Shown: positions 50,876 through 63,260, counted from the first letter of the whole stretch. The stretch is DNA of 63,260 nt, filler included, from Octopus bimaculoides (GCF_001194135.2; 6 parts of 4 records of this genome joined end to end with filler, not necessarily neighbours in it), one strand, 5' to 3'. Translations and numbers: made by a program. Notes: a model not told the origin generated them from the sequence alone.

Positions 50876-51405
50876 TTCACCATTCAAACTGACAGAAAGA
50901 TAGACGCAAATAGGCCATACATCATACTGAAAGACTTCAGACAAAAATCATGCCTCCTCATTGATATNNNNNNNNNNNNNNNNNNNNNNNNNNNNNNNNN
51001 NNNNNNNNNNNNNNNNNNNNNNNNNNNNNNNNNNNNNNNNNNNNNNNNNNNNNNNNNNNNNNNNNNNNNNNNNNNNNNNNNNNNNNNNNNNNNNNNNNNN
51101 NNNNNNNNNNNNNNNNNNNNNNNNNNNNNNNNNNNNNNNNNNNNNNNNNNNNNNNNNNNNNNNNNNNNNNNNNNNNNNNNNNNNNNNNNNNNNNNNNNNN
51201 NNNNNNNNNNNNNNNNNNNNNNNNNNNNNNNNNNNNNNNNNNNNNNNNNNNNNNNNNNNNNNNNNNNNNNNNNNNNNNNNNNNNNNNNNNNNNNNNNNNN
51301 NNNNNNNNNNNNNNNNNNNNNNNNNNNNNNNNNNNNNNNNNNNNNNNNNNNNNNNNNNNNNNNNNNNNNNACTTGTACAAATGCAAAACAAAAGTCAAAC
51401 ATAAA
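50876..51405 (+). mobile_element. R4/Dong-like LINE 3' fragment spanning a gap
   Basis: FTIQTDRKIDANRPYIILKDFRQKSCLLID starts immediately after (AAT)n. After the gap comes the subfamily-2 terminus ..AAAGTCAAACATAAA(AAT)n. Confidence 0.75.
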
Positions 51406-51439
51406 ATAATAATAATAATAATAATAATTCTTTCTACTG

Positions 51440-51681
51440 GAGGCACAAGGCCTCAAATTTTAGAGGAGGGTACTTGTCGATTACATCGACCCCAGCGTTT
51501 CACTGATACTTAATTTATAGACCGCGAAAAGATGAAAGGTAATGTCGACCTCGGCGGAATTTGAACTCAGAACGTAGTGACGGGCGAAATACCGCTAAGC
51601 ACTTCGTCTAGCGTGCTAACGAAATGCTTAGCGGTATTTCGCCTGTCGCTACGTTCTGAGATCAAATTCCACCGAGGTCGA
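51440..51681. mobile_element. SINE-A (minus) with its own 5' portion duplicated in inverted orientation
   Basis: Arms 51545-51606 and 51620-51681 are reverse complements (5 mismatches in 62 nt). Confidence 0.85.
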
Positions 51682-51689
51682 ATAATAAC

Positions 51690-51773
<84 letters not shown>

Positions 51774-52057
51774 TTTTTATTAACCACAAGGGTTTACATT
51801 CAGAAAAACATTATGGACAGCACAGGATAAAACAAAGAATGTATGTGTGTGTGTGTATGTGTGTGAGTAGTTGTGAGGGTTTTGTGCGTAGACAAGAGTA
51901 GCAAAATTAAAAAGAAATAGAAAAAGAAATCAACAACGTGTAATCGTCAGTAGGGAGGACACATTCAAGGCCTGCTCATGGAAAAGCCCCATAAAAAATG
52001 GCATAAAACCAAGTTTAGCACAAACAGATGGATAGGCATAAAACCAATTTAGTACAG

Positions 52058-52140
52058 CTCCAGAAAACAGTGTTATTAGAGACAGGATACTTAGGAGGGT
52101 TCTTGACATCTAGGGTTACTTATTGTCACCCGATGTTAGG
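52058..52140 (+). mobile_element. Short degraded RLE-LINE 3' remnant
   Basis: CTCCAGAAAACAGTGTTATTAGAGACA = LQKTVLLET.., the conserved RLE C-terminal motif. Confidence 0.45.
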
Positions 52141-52197
52141 AATTTTTTTTTCTTTTCCAACAGTCTAATCTGTTGTGCGTTTATGTATAATAATAAT

Positions 52198-52415
52198 GCC
52201 TTAGGTATAATAAAAAATATATTCAGACAAATACATAACAAAAACACCAGGACTTACAAATATATATAACATACAGAAAATTGCACTACTGGGCACTGCA
52301 CACATCCTACGCGAAATACTTTCATAAGAGCATCACAGCAAACCACAGCACATACCCAAGGCACACAGAACTGCGCTCGGTAGTGAAGTGAAAGCACGCT
52401 ATAAAAATAAAACTA

Positions 52416-52418
<3 letters not shown>
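52198..52418 (+). mobile_element. R4/Dong-like LINE 3' end inserted in (AAT)n
   Basis: YITKTPGLTNIYNIQKIALLGTAHILREILS* plus a 3'UTR ending AAACTACTG(AAT)n; preceded by (AAT)3. Confidence 0.85.
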
Positions 52419-52474
<56 letters not shown>

Positions 52475-53430
52475 NNNNNNNNNNNNNNNNNNNNNNNNNN
52501 NNNNNNNNNNNNNNNNNNNNNNNNNNNNNNNNNNNNNNNNNNNNNNNNNNNNNNNNNNNNNNNNNNNNNNNNNNNNNNNNNNNNNNNNNNNNNNNNNNNN
52601 NNNNNNNNNNNNNNNNNNNNNNNNNNNNNNNNNNNNNNNNNNNNNNNNNNNNNNNNNNNNNNNNNNNNNNNNNNNNNNNNNNNNNNNNNNNNNNNNNNNN
52701 NNNNNNNNNNNNNNNNNNNNNNNNNNNNNNNNNNNNNNNNNNNNNNNNNNNNNNNNNNNNNNNNNNNNNNNNNNNNNNNNNNNNNNNNNNNNNNNNNNNN
52801 NNNNNNNNNNNNNNNNNNNNNNNNNNNNNNNNNNNNNNNNNNNNNNNNNNNNNNNNNNNNNNNNNNNNNNNNNNNNNNNNNNNNNNNNNNNNNNNNNNNN
52901 NNNNNNNNNNNNNNNNNNNNNNNNNNNNNNNNNNNNNNNNNNNNNNNNNNNNNNNNNNNNNNNNNNNNNNNNNNNNNNNNNNNNNNNNNNNNNNNNNNNN
53001 NNNNNNNNNNNNNNNNNNNNNNNNNNNNNNNNNNNNNNNNNNNNNNNNNNNNNNNNNNNNNNNNNNNNNNNNNNNNNNNNNNNNNNNNNNNNNNNNNNNN
53101 NNNNNNNNNNNNNNNNNNNNNNNNNNNNNNNNNNNNNNNNNNNNNNNNNNNNNNNNNNNNNNNNNNNNNNNNNNNNNNNNNNNNNNNNNNNNNNNNNNNN
53201 NNNNNNNNNNNNNNNNNNNNNNNNNNNNNNNNNNNNNNNNNNNNNNNNNNNNNNNNNNNNNNNNNNNNNNNNNNNNNNNNNNNNNNNNNNNNNNNNNNNN
53301 NNNNNNNNNNNNNNNNNNNNNNNNNNNNNNNNNNNNNNNNNNNNNNNNNNNNNNNNNNNNNNNNNNNNNNNNNNNNNNNNNNNNNNNGTTCAAAAAATAA
53401 AACATCTAAAATCGCGCTCTTCGTTTTGAC

Positions 53431-53520
<90 letters not shown>

Positions 53521-53570
53521 TGATGATGATGATGACAACAACAACAACAACAACAACAATAATAATAATA

Positions 53571-54143
53571 GCAAGTGGATGTAAGAGCCTTTCACAAAAA
53601 GCATACAAGCGCCGCCACGATAGAATGTGTGTGTATCTTCATTGGTTATTATACCGTAAATACCAATATGAAATATCAGAGAACTGGTATTAGCGTGTAC
53701 CTAGTAAAGTTATGCAGAAGGATAGAAAAGTAACGATACTCTGGGACTATGATTTTCAGACGGATCATGAAATCAAACACCGTCGGCCGGATATAGTCAT
53801 ATTGATAAAAGAGACAAATACTGTCGGATCATTGATGTAGCCATACCAAATGACATAAATGATGTGAGTAAAGAGATTGAAAAAACCACCAAGTACTCCG
53901 AATTGAAAGTGAAAATGGCAAGACTGTATGGAATGCGAGAGGGTAATGTAAAAGTGAAAGCAGTGGTGATCGAAGCATTGGGCTCAATCCCATTGAAACT
54001 TCAAAACTTCTTAAGGCAACTGCACAAGGCAGCCTTATTGGACACAGAACACATCTTGAAGAAAGTATTATCTGAGGTCTTGTTGTGACTTGACAGATGA
54101 CTATAGACTCCGGTGCATTTTTACCTACACTGTGTTACGAAGG
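53571..54143 (+). mobile_element. R4/Dong-like LINE 3' fragment (RLE endonuclease + 3'UTR) with (AAT)n at both ends
   Basis: IASGCKSLSQKAYKRRHDRM..ILWDYDFQTDHEIKHRRPDIV..IDVAIP..EKTTKYSEL..ALGS..LHKAALLDTEHILKKVL: PD..D/E RLE signature. Ends ACGAAGG(AAT)4. Confidence 0.9.
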
Positions 54144-54156
54144 AATAATAATAATA

Positions 54157-54420
54157 CCAGGAATCCCCAAAATGGCAGAAATTCATGGGAACTGCCCATA
54201 TCCTACGTAAAATACTATTTACGTAATCTCAAAATTTAAAAGAAACTCAAAATTTTCTTATGTTTTCTTAAACATTCTCTAGAATAATACTATGTGCAAA
54301 ACCAAATATATGACACCCTAGGCATAACACCAACATGAACTTCTAACTGGTTGTCTCTAGAGGTCTCTGGGTGAGACTTGGAGCCAACTTGTACAAATAC
54401 AAAGCAAAAGTCAAACATAT
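54157..54420 (+). mobile_element. R4/Dong-like LINE 3' end, second subfamily
   Basis: PGIPKMA../MGTAHILRKILFT* remnant, then a 3'UTR ending ACTTGTACAAATACAAAGCAAAAGTCAAACAT(AAT). The same terminus recurs at 51371-51405. Confidence 0.75.
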
Positions 54421-54451
54421 AATAATAACAACAACAACAACAACAACAACA

Positions 54452-54482
<31 letters not shown>

Positions 54483-54489
54483 TGATGAT

Positions 54490-56790
54490 GATGATAAAGA
54501 GAAAACATAAATTATCACCAACAGAACTGCTTTCAACAAAAGAAACATTGCAAACAAAAGCTCAAATAATACGAAGATTTGAGAAGAAAAACAAATTTTA
54601 CAAGCAAAATAAACTGTTAAGATCCAATACGAAAACATTCTACAGAGAAATAGGGAGGGAGAAAATAACAGTTGAATACACCCCACCCGTAGAAGAAGTT
54701 GAAGACTTTTGGAAAAATATCTGGAGTGATGGACAGATTTACAATGAAAATGCAGACTGGATTAGACGCACAGAAGGATCCTACCAAAACTTACCAAAAC
54801 AAGCATGGTATGACATCACAATAGCATACCTAAGGAGGTCACTCACAAAGGCTCCTAAGTGGAAATCCCCTGGTAATGATAGGGTGCCAAATTTCTTGCT
54901 CACATCGCTCTCGTGCGTACACGAAAATTTATTTCAGTTAATCAATGAAATTATGAGAGATCCTACGGTAGCATCTGACTGGCTAGTAAGAGGTATTGCT
55001 TACATACACCCGAAGAATAATGAAACCAAATGTCGCCAAAGCTATCGGGCCATGGCATGTCTGTCTACCACGTATAAAGTTCTAACGTCCATCCTCGTGG
55101 AGAAAACATAGAAATTTATGGAACAGAACGATATTTTCTCCACTGAACATAAAGTGTGCCAACGAGACTCATATGGATGCAAAGACCAACTCTTAATCAA
55201 TCGCATGGTCCTTGAGAACTGTCATCACAAACGCAGAAATCTCAGTTCCACATGGCTCGATTATAAAAGGGCCTTTGACAGAATGTCGCATTCATGGATC
55301 TTGAAATCGCCGTTGATCTTCAAAATTTTTCTAGTGATTTTAAATTTCCTGAAGCACAACATGTCAGTGTGTAATACGAATCCCCAATTATACCACTGTA
55401 ATGGAAAACTGACCACAAAGAATATTAGTATCAACTGCGGCATTTTCCAGGGTGACTCACTTCCACCTTTAATTTTTTGCATAGTCCTAATATCACTTAC
55501 AAGTGAACTTAACACAACAGGGTGTGGGTATAAAATTGGCGACAAGAAAATAAGTCATTTATTTTATAAGGATGACTTAAAACTCTGTGGCAAAGACGAT
55601 AATGAGCTTGAAGGACTACTACGTACTGTGAAAGCATTCAGTGATGACATCGGGATGGAATTTAGTCTTGATAAATGTGCCAAGGCCAATTTCCAGAAAG
55701 GGAAATTGATGGCCTCACATTCAGTGGTGTTGGATGTTGACACAGTCATAAAAGAACTCGAGCAGGAACAAACTTACAAATACCTCGGAATAAATGAGGG
55801 CTCTGGCATTCAGCATGCAGACATGAAAGAGAAGATCGAGAAGGAGTGTTACAGGAGCGTTCGAGCAGTCCGGCAATATGAGTACAATACACGTAACAAG
55901 GTGTTAGCTATAGATTCCTTAGCAGTTCTGGTTGTTATTTACAGTTTCAATGTGTTGAACTGGAATATCAGCGAAATAAGACGATTGAAAGGAAAATCCG
56001 TAAGCTGCTGACTTGCAAAAGATGCACCACTGAAAGGCAGATGTAGATCGTCTTTACCTAACCAGAGCTCAAAAAGGTCGCGGCTTCATCCAATTTGAAA
56101 TCTCTTACAAAACCACTACAATTGGACTGGCAAAATATCTTGAAACATTTAACGACTGGATGTTAAAGATCGTTGAAAACTACAAGAGACGTAAGAAGCT
56201 TCATTTGTTATGAAGGAGAGCAAAAAATCTGCTAGTGAGTTTACGCATAACAGACAGGTTGAACAGCATGATGGAAGTAAGGCAACTGTAGTTGCAGATG
56301 TGAAATCAATAGCAAAGCAAAATGCGTTTGAACAATTAGCTGATAGGTGGGAAGAAAAACCGCTGCATTGCAAATATGTGGCCTGTAAGAAACGAGCTGA
56401 TATAGACCAGAAGTACACCCATCAGTGGCTACGGAGCTCAGGGCTAAGAGCAGACAGCGAAGGCTTTATTTTGGCTGCTCAAGATCAGAGCATATTGACC
56501 GGAACTATCAAGCCAATGTGATGAAAAATGGAGTAGACTCAAAGTGCAGATGCTACAACGATGGGATTGAAACAGTAGACAACCTAATCTCTGGGTGTAA
56601 GGTTTTAGAACCTCTAGATTACAAATCAAGATATGACAGAGTTGGCCAAAATCTACATTGGATAATGTGTCGGCATTATAAAATCAAAACCACTGACAAA
56701 TGAGGCTGTAATTGAGGGAAAAATTGTAACGATTCTTTGGGACTTTCCAGTATGTACATACTAGACCATCAAAGCAAGTATGGATGCTCA
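54490..56790 (+). mobile_element. R4/Dong-like non-LTR retrotransposon (RT + degenerate Zn knuckle + start of restriction-like endonuclease), 5'-truncated and decayed
   Basis: ORFs 54371-55111, 55118-56011, 56210-56521 and 56425-56703 give KSPGNDRVPN, IFQGDSLPPLIFC, HLFYKDDLKL (YxDD), KYLG, AAQDQ, CRCY..ETVDNLISGC and WDFP. Stops and frameshifts are present. Confidence 0.9.
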
Positions 56791-57685
56791 TACAGAAATA
56801 TCAAAAACCCAGCAAAATACGTAGAAAGCAAACATAGCAAATGATGTAAAATAAAAGTAGACATTTCACAATCTATAATTAAGTGAAAAATAAATGGAAT
56901 ATTGAAATAAATTAATTTAAATAATACCTGAGACAAACATTTTATTAAATCACAGAGAATATGTTGTTATAGATAGCGAAAAGGATCCTTGGGAGTTACA
57001 AAGTATCTACATGAAGACGAAATCACATTACCAGGAACTACGTAAAAATAAATGGCAAATCAAAGCAATGGAAAAGATGTGGAATAATTTTACTTGGCGG
57101 TCTATGGACTACTATGTAAACTGACACGAATGAGAAAGTTCAACACAGGTGCAGCAGTAACAAAATTGTGAGAAATGATAACAGCAGAAGAAAGTGATAG
57201 GATGGTGTAAAAAAATAAAAACTAGAAGAAAAAAAAAAATGATAAAAACCGGTGGGTGAAATATTTAGCAAGTACACATAAGATACTCTTACACTGAAAG
57301 ATGATATGTGTAAAAAACAAATACAAACATAGCTACAAACATGTGTGTGTATGTGTGTGTGTGCGTCTTTGCGTTTGTGTATTTGTAAATATATATATAT
57401 ATANNNNNNNNNNNNNNNNNNNNNNNNNNNNNNNNNNNNNNNNNNNNTTAATTAATTAANNNNNNNNNNNNNNNNNNNNNNNNNNNNNNNNNNNNNNNNN
57501 NNNATATATATGCGTATGTGTGTGTGTGTGTGTAATCTTTTGGATCAATGAGTATATGTCAATTAGGGTGCTGGGTAAAGCACATTAAGTGTTTGGGCTA
57601 CCTGGTGTTACCCACAGTTGGGATACATTTCCCCTGGATCTAAGTCAGGAATTCCGCAGTGTTAGTTGAGATAATAATTGATGAA

Positions 57686-60600
57686 TGTTATAATGTGAAT
57701 CCTCGTCCATCTGTATGTTGTTGTCGGCACTGTAATATTCATGTCTCCACTATTATGTTGTGGCGGCATTCTGCGTCTAATTATCTTTGTCTCGTCTATC
57801 GTGCTATCGCTGATAACTCCGCAAGACAACGACTTTGTAACGTCTATTTTGACGGTAACTCGAACTCGTATGTATCACGTAACTGACACTGACTCCATCT
57901 GAGAACTCGTACAACGATTCTACTACTACTGACTTCTTTCAACGACTGACTGCCTGACTTTGCCACTTGGGAAGGAGTGTACGTCCGGTATGCCAAATCT
58001 TGTGAATAATTTGTGCAAAACATTTATTATCGTTGCGGAGATTGGTCTTTTGCACTTAATAATTTCCAACCATTTTGTAAAACTATCAACTACTACTAAG
58101 TAGCAACAACCATTTAACGGACCCGCAAAATCGATGTGTAGTCTTGTCCATTGACTTTTTACTACTGGCCAAGGTTCTCATTTTTGAGTAGGCAATTTCG
58201 CTGCATGAGCACATCTTCTGCAGCCTTTTACAACGTTTTCAACTTCCTTGTCCATCTTCGGCCAATACACATAACTGCACATAATCGTTTTCATTCTTGC
58301 GATCTCTGGATGTTCAACATGGAATTCTTTCAACATTCTTTTTGTAGTGTCTCAGATATCATTACCCTTCCGCCAAACATCAGTATGCCGTCGCATGTTG
58401 AATATATGTTTACCTCTTGTTGTTTTTCCTTACCGAACCTTTTTTTGTTTTCTTTCACTGACTGCAGAGTTTTTTGTTTCATTAGTGAACTTGTCTTTTA
58501 ACGCGTGTCGTTTTGTCTCCTCAGAGTTATTGGTAACTCTCGTACAATGTTCCACATTATGTGTTTAATTTTCCCTTCGGATCTTAAGGCTACTATTATT
58601 GTGTCCTCGAATAGTTCGCCATTTCTGGGTATAAACTTGGATAGGCCGTCAGCATGTCCTAGCTTTTCGAAGGTGAATATTCCATTGCGTAGTCGTAGTT
58701 TAGTAGTATGGTGCCTCATCGCTGCAACCTGTTTGCAGTATGTACTGGGAATCCTTTCTTAGATCCATAAATCGTTAGCAATGGGCAATGGTCCGTTTGT
58801 AGTCTAAGCCGTCTACCATGTATAAACCTGTGGAACTATGATATTTTATGCCAAATATAATTGCCAATTCCTATTTTTCAATTTGGCTATAATTTTTTTC
58901 CGCTGGCAATAGCATACTTGACACGTGAGCTATGACCTTTTGGCTGCCATCTTCACATTTGTGTAAGAGTACGGCGCCTTCCGCCTTCTCCATACTCTCT
59001 AGCAGCTGTTGCCATTATCTTTTCCAACTTCCTCGTCCGTCTTCGACCAATACACATAAGGTGTAAGAGACAAGTCTGAAGTTAACATGCATTTTAGTTC
59101 TTTAAATGACTTCTGTAATTTTTCTGACCAAAAATGCTTCTTACAACTTGACGTTCGTTGGGGGTGTCATAATTCGTATTGCTATCGCCCTTGATGGGTC
59201 TGACCTTCGTCCCTTTCGTCAATTATCTGAACCAAATATTCGATTTTTTTTTTACCAAAAATCCACACTTTTCCTCTGTTAGTCTAAGCTGGTATTCATT
59301 TATTTTTCCGAATACGTTTTTAATATTTTCGAAGTGTTGCTCTACTGATTCACTCTTTATCAAAATATCATGGAGATAAGCAATAGCGAAATCGGAATCA
59401 TTTAACATTGCGTCCACCACAAGTGCCATTTTTACTGCAAAAGAAGCCGCTCGAATTTATACAATCCACGGTATGCGCTGGTTGTTAAAAGGTGTGCGCA
59501 ATCTTCCTCTACCTGTATCTGTAGACAGGCCTCCGAGAAAAAAACTTTTCCTCCATTTAGTTTTGAGAACACTTCTTCTGGGTTTGGTAATGGATAGTTG
59601 TGTTCGAATAAACAGTCATTTAATCCAGTTGAAAAGTTCGCACACACTCGTAGTTTATTATTATTATTCTTTACATAAACCGTCGGAGCTGCCCAATCTG
59701 AATGGTCGACTTTTTCAATTATAGCTAGACTTTCTAGTCTTTCTAGCTCTTTGATAACCTGGTCCAAGGTCACAAACGGCACGTTCCGTTTTCGCCAAAA
59801 AACAGGTGTTGCCTCTTCTTTTACGGTGATCTTCGCTTTTGTTTTAGTGCAAAAGTGTAATCCTTCGAAAAACACATTTGGAAACAATTTTTTAATTTTC
59901 TGTCTCAGTTGTTCAACCTCATCCGAACTTTTAACCGTAGCGACTACATTTTCAATAACTCCATGAATTCTGTGCTCAATAGGTTTAGTGATTTTTTTCA
60001 ACAGATAAATGATTGTCCTTTTCGTTTCACCTCGAAAAGTTACATTGCAAATACATTCGCCGATGAAATATAATTTCTTTTCTGTAACACTGTATGCTAC
60101 TTTATTTGATTTAAATAATTTTTGCTTACCGAATTGTCGCCGTTTCTTCATTTATGATAGTGATGTCACTACTCGTGTCTAATTGCATTTTGACTCTAGT
60201 GATTACAATTCTCACAAACTGTTTTCTCTGATGAGAAACTATTTATTTTTTCTCGCTTGTCCAAATTTTCGTCATCTTAGTTCTACAGTGTCCTGTGTTT
60301 CCACAACGAAAGCACTTCGCTTTTTTGAACGGACACTCTTTTCTCATGTGCCTACTACCACATGCCATACATGGACTTATCTCTTGATATACATCGTGTT
60401 TTTTGTGAAACAATTTATCCGTCTTTCGACTTTTTTGCACTGGTTTTATCTGTAAAGAGTCTCTGCGTCGGATTTCTTCTGTGTCGTGCCTTACTTTTAA
60501 CATCATATCGCACTCTTCTGACAGTTTCTGGAGAGTTATAACCTTGTTCTTTTCCAGCTTTTCGAGAACTTTCGTTCAGACTTCTGCATCCTTTTTTGAA

Positions 60601-61287
60601 CAAAAATCAGGTACTTGAACGAGTCTGGAGTTATTTTATCCAGTTTAAATCTCTCGCATTCTCTGTTCACTCTACCCGTATATGTAGTAAAGTCTTCGTC
60701 ATCGCTTTTCTCCGTGTTTAAACACTTCCAACTTACAGTATTTCTCATGCTCTATCGTCACCAGTTTCCTCAGAATTAAGCGCATTTTCCTTTCATCCGT
60801 CCACTCGAAAATTTACTCAAAACTTCCGTAATATGCCTCGAAAGTGATTCCTGTTTTAGGGTCATATTTAAATTCATTTATTGAATTTGCAACTGGTCTG
60901 GCGATAACGTATTTTCCAGTTTTGTTACCAACTTCATTAGTTGTAGCATTTGTTGCTGTAATATTTGTTTTTGTTCTTTGAGTTGTTGTTGTTGCTGTTT
61001 TTGCAACTCAATTAAACCCTCTAACAAGTTTTCTATAATTTTACGGATTTTTCGTAAAATATATACAACAAAAATATTTGTTACTCCTCCTCTGTCGAGT
61101 TTTTAATTTTTCCACGTGAAAACCTTTTCAACGATGTCTGCGTGATTTGCTTATTTCTCATGAAAAAATAATTTTTTTCTTCAATGTTGTCCGCGTAAAT
61201 TGTTTATATCCTCGTTGCTACTGTTATAATGTAGATCCTCGTCCACTTGTATGTTGTCGTCGGCATTGTAATATTTTTGTCGCCACT
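57686..61287 (-). mobile_element. Ty3/Gypsy LTR retrotransposon, decayed and internally deleted
   Basis: Gag knuckles CMACGSRHMRKEC/CFRCGNTGH; RT PVF..RNVPF, SDWAAPTVYV, LRVCANFSTGLN; RNase H GAVLLH..AEKNYSQIEK; integrase WTRLHIDFAGP..VVVDSFTKW. LTR-end direct repeats at 57686-57751 and 61222-61287 (9 mismatches in 66 nt by manual count). PBS-like TAGCAACGAGGAT next to the 5' LTR end. Confidence 0.9.
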
Positions 61288-61455
61288 GTGTTCGGACGTA
61301 AAAATAACTAACAACATAAATAGGATTCTATGAAGGATTGATGATGTCAGCAAACAACTGACCACTTAAAGAAGAATCCTAGTGTTAAAAACAACATATG
61401 ACAATGTCGTTAATAAATGTTGTCTTTAATGTCTTTCCTTTGACAGACGATTGGA

Positions 61456-61487
<32 letters not shown>

Positions 61488-61623
61488 NNNNNNNNNNNNN
61501 NNNNNNNNNNNNNNNNNNNNNNNNNNNNNNNTTAATTAATTAANNNNNNNNNNNNNNNNNNNNNNNNNNNNNNNNNNNNNNNNNNNNTTGCATACATACA
61601 TACATACATACATACATGCATAC

Positions 61624-61680
<57 letters not shown>

Positions 61681-62019
61681 CATACATACATAAGTACGTA
61701 CGTACACACATACAATGCATATTTTCATACATATATACATACAGACAGACAGATAGGCAGACATGTACACACATATGAATCCCTGAAATTTCTTGGCTAA
61801 CGACGCTACGACATATCGTTTACTGAAGACAGCATTTATTTTCCCAATTATTCACACAGAAAACAGAGTGATGCGCAATCAGATGTTTGTCTTCTTGTGA
61901 CAAGAGCCTAAACAGTAAACAAAACCAGAAAAGACCGAGGAAGGGGTGTGAGTTAGACAAGGGAGGAGTAAGATCGAGGTAGACCGATGGCTGATGAAGG
62001 TGTCAGGGTGGAGTTATGT

Positions 62020-62420
62020 TGGTGTTGGTGTTGGTGATGGTAATAGCCATACAACTGTTAATAGTATTGGTGGTGGTGGTGGTGGTGGTAGTGGTTGCGA
62101 CAGTAGTATATAGTATTTATAGTTGTGGTAGTAGTAGTAGTAGTAGTAGTAGTAATTGTTGTTGTTGTTGTTGTAGTTGGTGGCGAGGGTGTTGTGGTTT
62201 GGTGGTGGAGATGGTGGTCGTGCTGGTAGTGTAGTGATTGTACTATGGTAGTAGTGGTTGTTGTAGCGATACTATTGACTGCAGAAATGTTTATTGTAGT
62301 AGTACTAGTAGTAGTAGTAGTAGTGGAGATGGTGATAGTGACGATGGTGGTGGTGGTGGTGGTGATGCTGGTTTTAGCCGTAGAGGTGGTGGTGATGGTG
62401 GTAGTGGCAGTGACGGCGGA
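62020..62420 (+). repeat. Low-complexity (GGT/AGT/TGT/GAT)n array
   Basis: Direct reading. Confidence 0.9.
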
Positions 62421-63260
62421 GGATATTGAAACAAGTGGATTTCCATTTTATTTGATAAAATTGCATGAATAGCTAAATATTTTTGACAGTGAAATCAAAA
62501 TGGCAATGAATAATACAAAAACAACAACATAAACAACATCAACAAAGGCACCAAAGAGACAACCCACCCTCTTCTCATAAAAATACCTAAAGAAAAGAAA
62601 AGAAAAACAAAAGTACTGAACAAAAAAGCAAAGTAATAGAATTTTAAAAAAAAAATGGAGGATGGATAAAAACATTTTTGTTTTCTTCAAAATATGGAAA
62701 TGGTGAAATGACTTCTAACTAACTGTGTTGAAAGACGTATAAGACTTGAGTAAAAGGCTTATAGCACAGCGACAACAACAGCTAAAATAACCAGATTTCC
62801 AGCATGGAGAAGAAATAAAAATCGATACAGACAGAAATTACATCTTCAACACCGAACAAAAAGCGATTCTATCAGTAATTGAACGGCAAAGTAATGTTTA
62901 GTGCTTAGAAAATTCAACTATTTCTAGAGTGCAATCTAGATTAATAAAGACATGGCGAATACGACGACAGCAAGCGAAATTAAACATGGTTGCCAAAGCT
63001 TGCTCAAAGCTTTGTAGTCGTCGCCTTGCGCAGTCGTCGTTGTCGTCGACGGCAGGAAGGTTGTTGGTAGGGGGGGGGGGCGGTGCCGGTGGCGCTGGCA
63101 GCGGCGTATTTGTCTTCGTTGATGTTAAATGTTGAAGAAGAAAAGGGGGGAAGCGAAGAGGGGGAGAACGAGAAGAAGAAGTAAAGAAAGGAAGGAGGGA
63201 AGATGAAGAGAAGACATGAACAACAACAACAACAATGACGATGACGACGACGACGGCGGC

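Noticed and set aside
57590-57640. Possible preceding exon for the NTR gene (DPGKCIPTV, phase 1)
   Set aside because: Weak donor, and it lacks the expected Cys..(S/A)DF lead-in of an NTR domain; the true upstream exon is probably in a gap or beyond the window.
11193-61800. Numerous long ORFs with X runs or YIYI/CVCV/IIII/DDDD/HTHT content
   Set aside because: They are translations of N gaps and microsatellites, not proteins.

Overview
Eukaryotic, AT-rich, repeat-dense genomic DNA, most likely Octopus. That assignment is inferred from the abundant tRNA-headed SINE families, the extreme (AT/CA/AAT/GAT)n microsatellite load and the draft-assembly gap style. About 5.4 kb is N, in 18 gaps. No prokaryotic features, CRISPR arrays, rRNA or bona fide tRNA genes are supported. 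Host-gene content: (1) a convincing minus-strand terminal exon (50232-50539) encoding an NTR/C345C domain most like the C-terminus of ADAMTS-like 5; (2) a chain of four small, phase-compatible minus-strand exons (36003 to 27444) encoding an unidentified peptide, inside a visibly CpG-depleted domain (about 19.8-36.4 kb); (3) speculative downstream exons (17444 to 13912) with a dual-specificity-phosphatase-like motif. The rest is transposon debris: SINEs, R4/Dong-like RLE LINEs, RTE and Tx1-like LINE fragments, a Gypsy element, Tc1, hAT, a Helitron and TA-flanked MITEs. The most striking structure is a stack of at least seven same-strand, 5'-truncated R4/Dong-like retrotransposons. Most are joined to (AAT)n tracts, and the stack begins about 80 nt from the splice acceptor of the NTR exon. 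All homology calls come from reading motifs by eye and recalled family knowledge; no searches were run.
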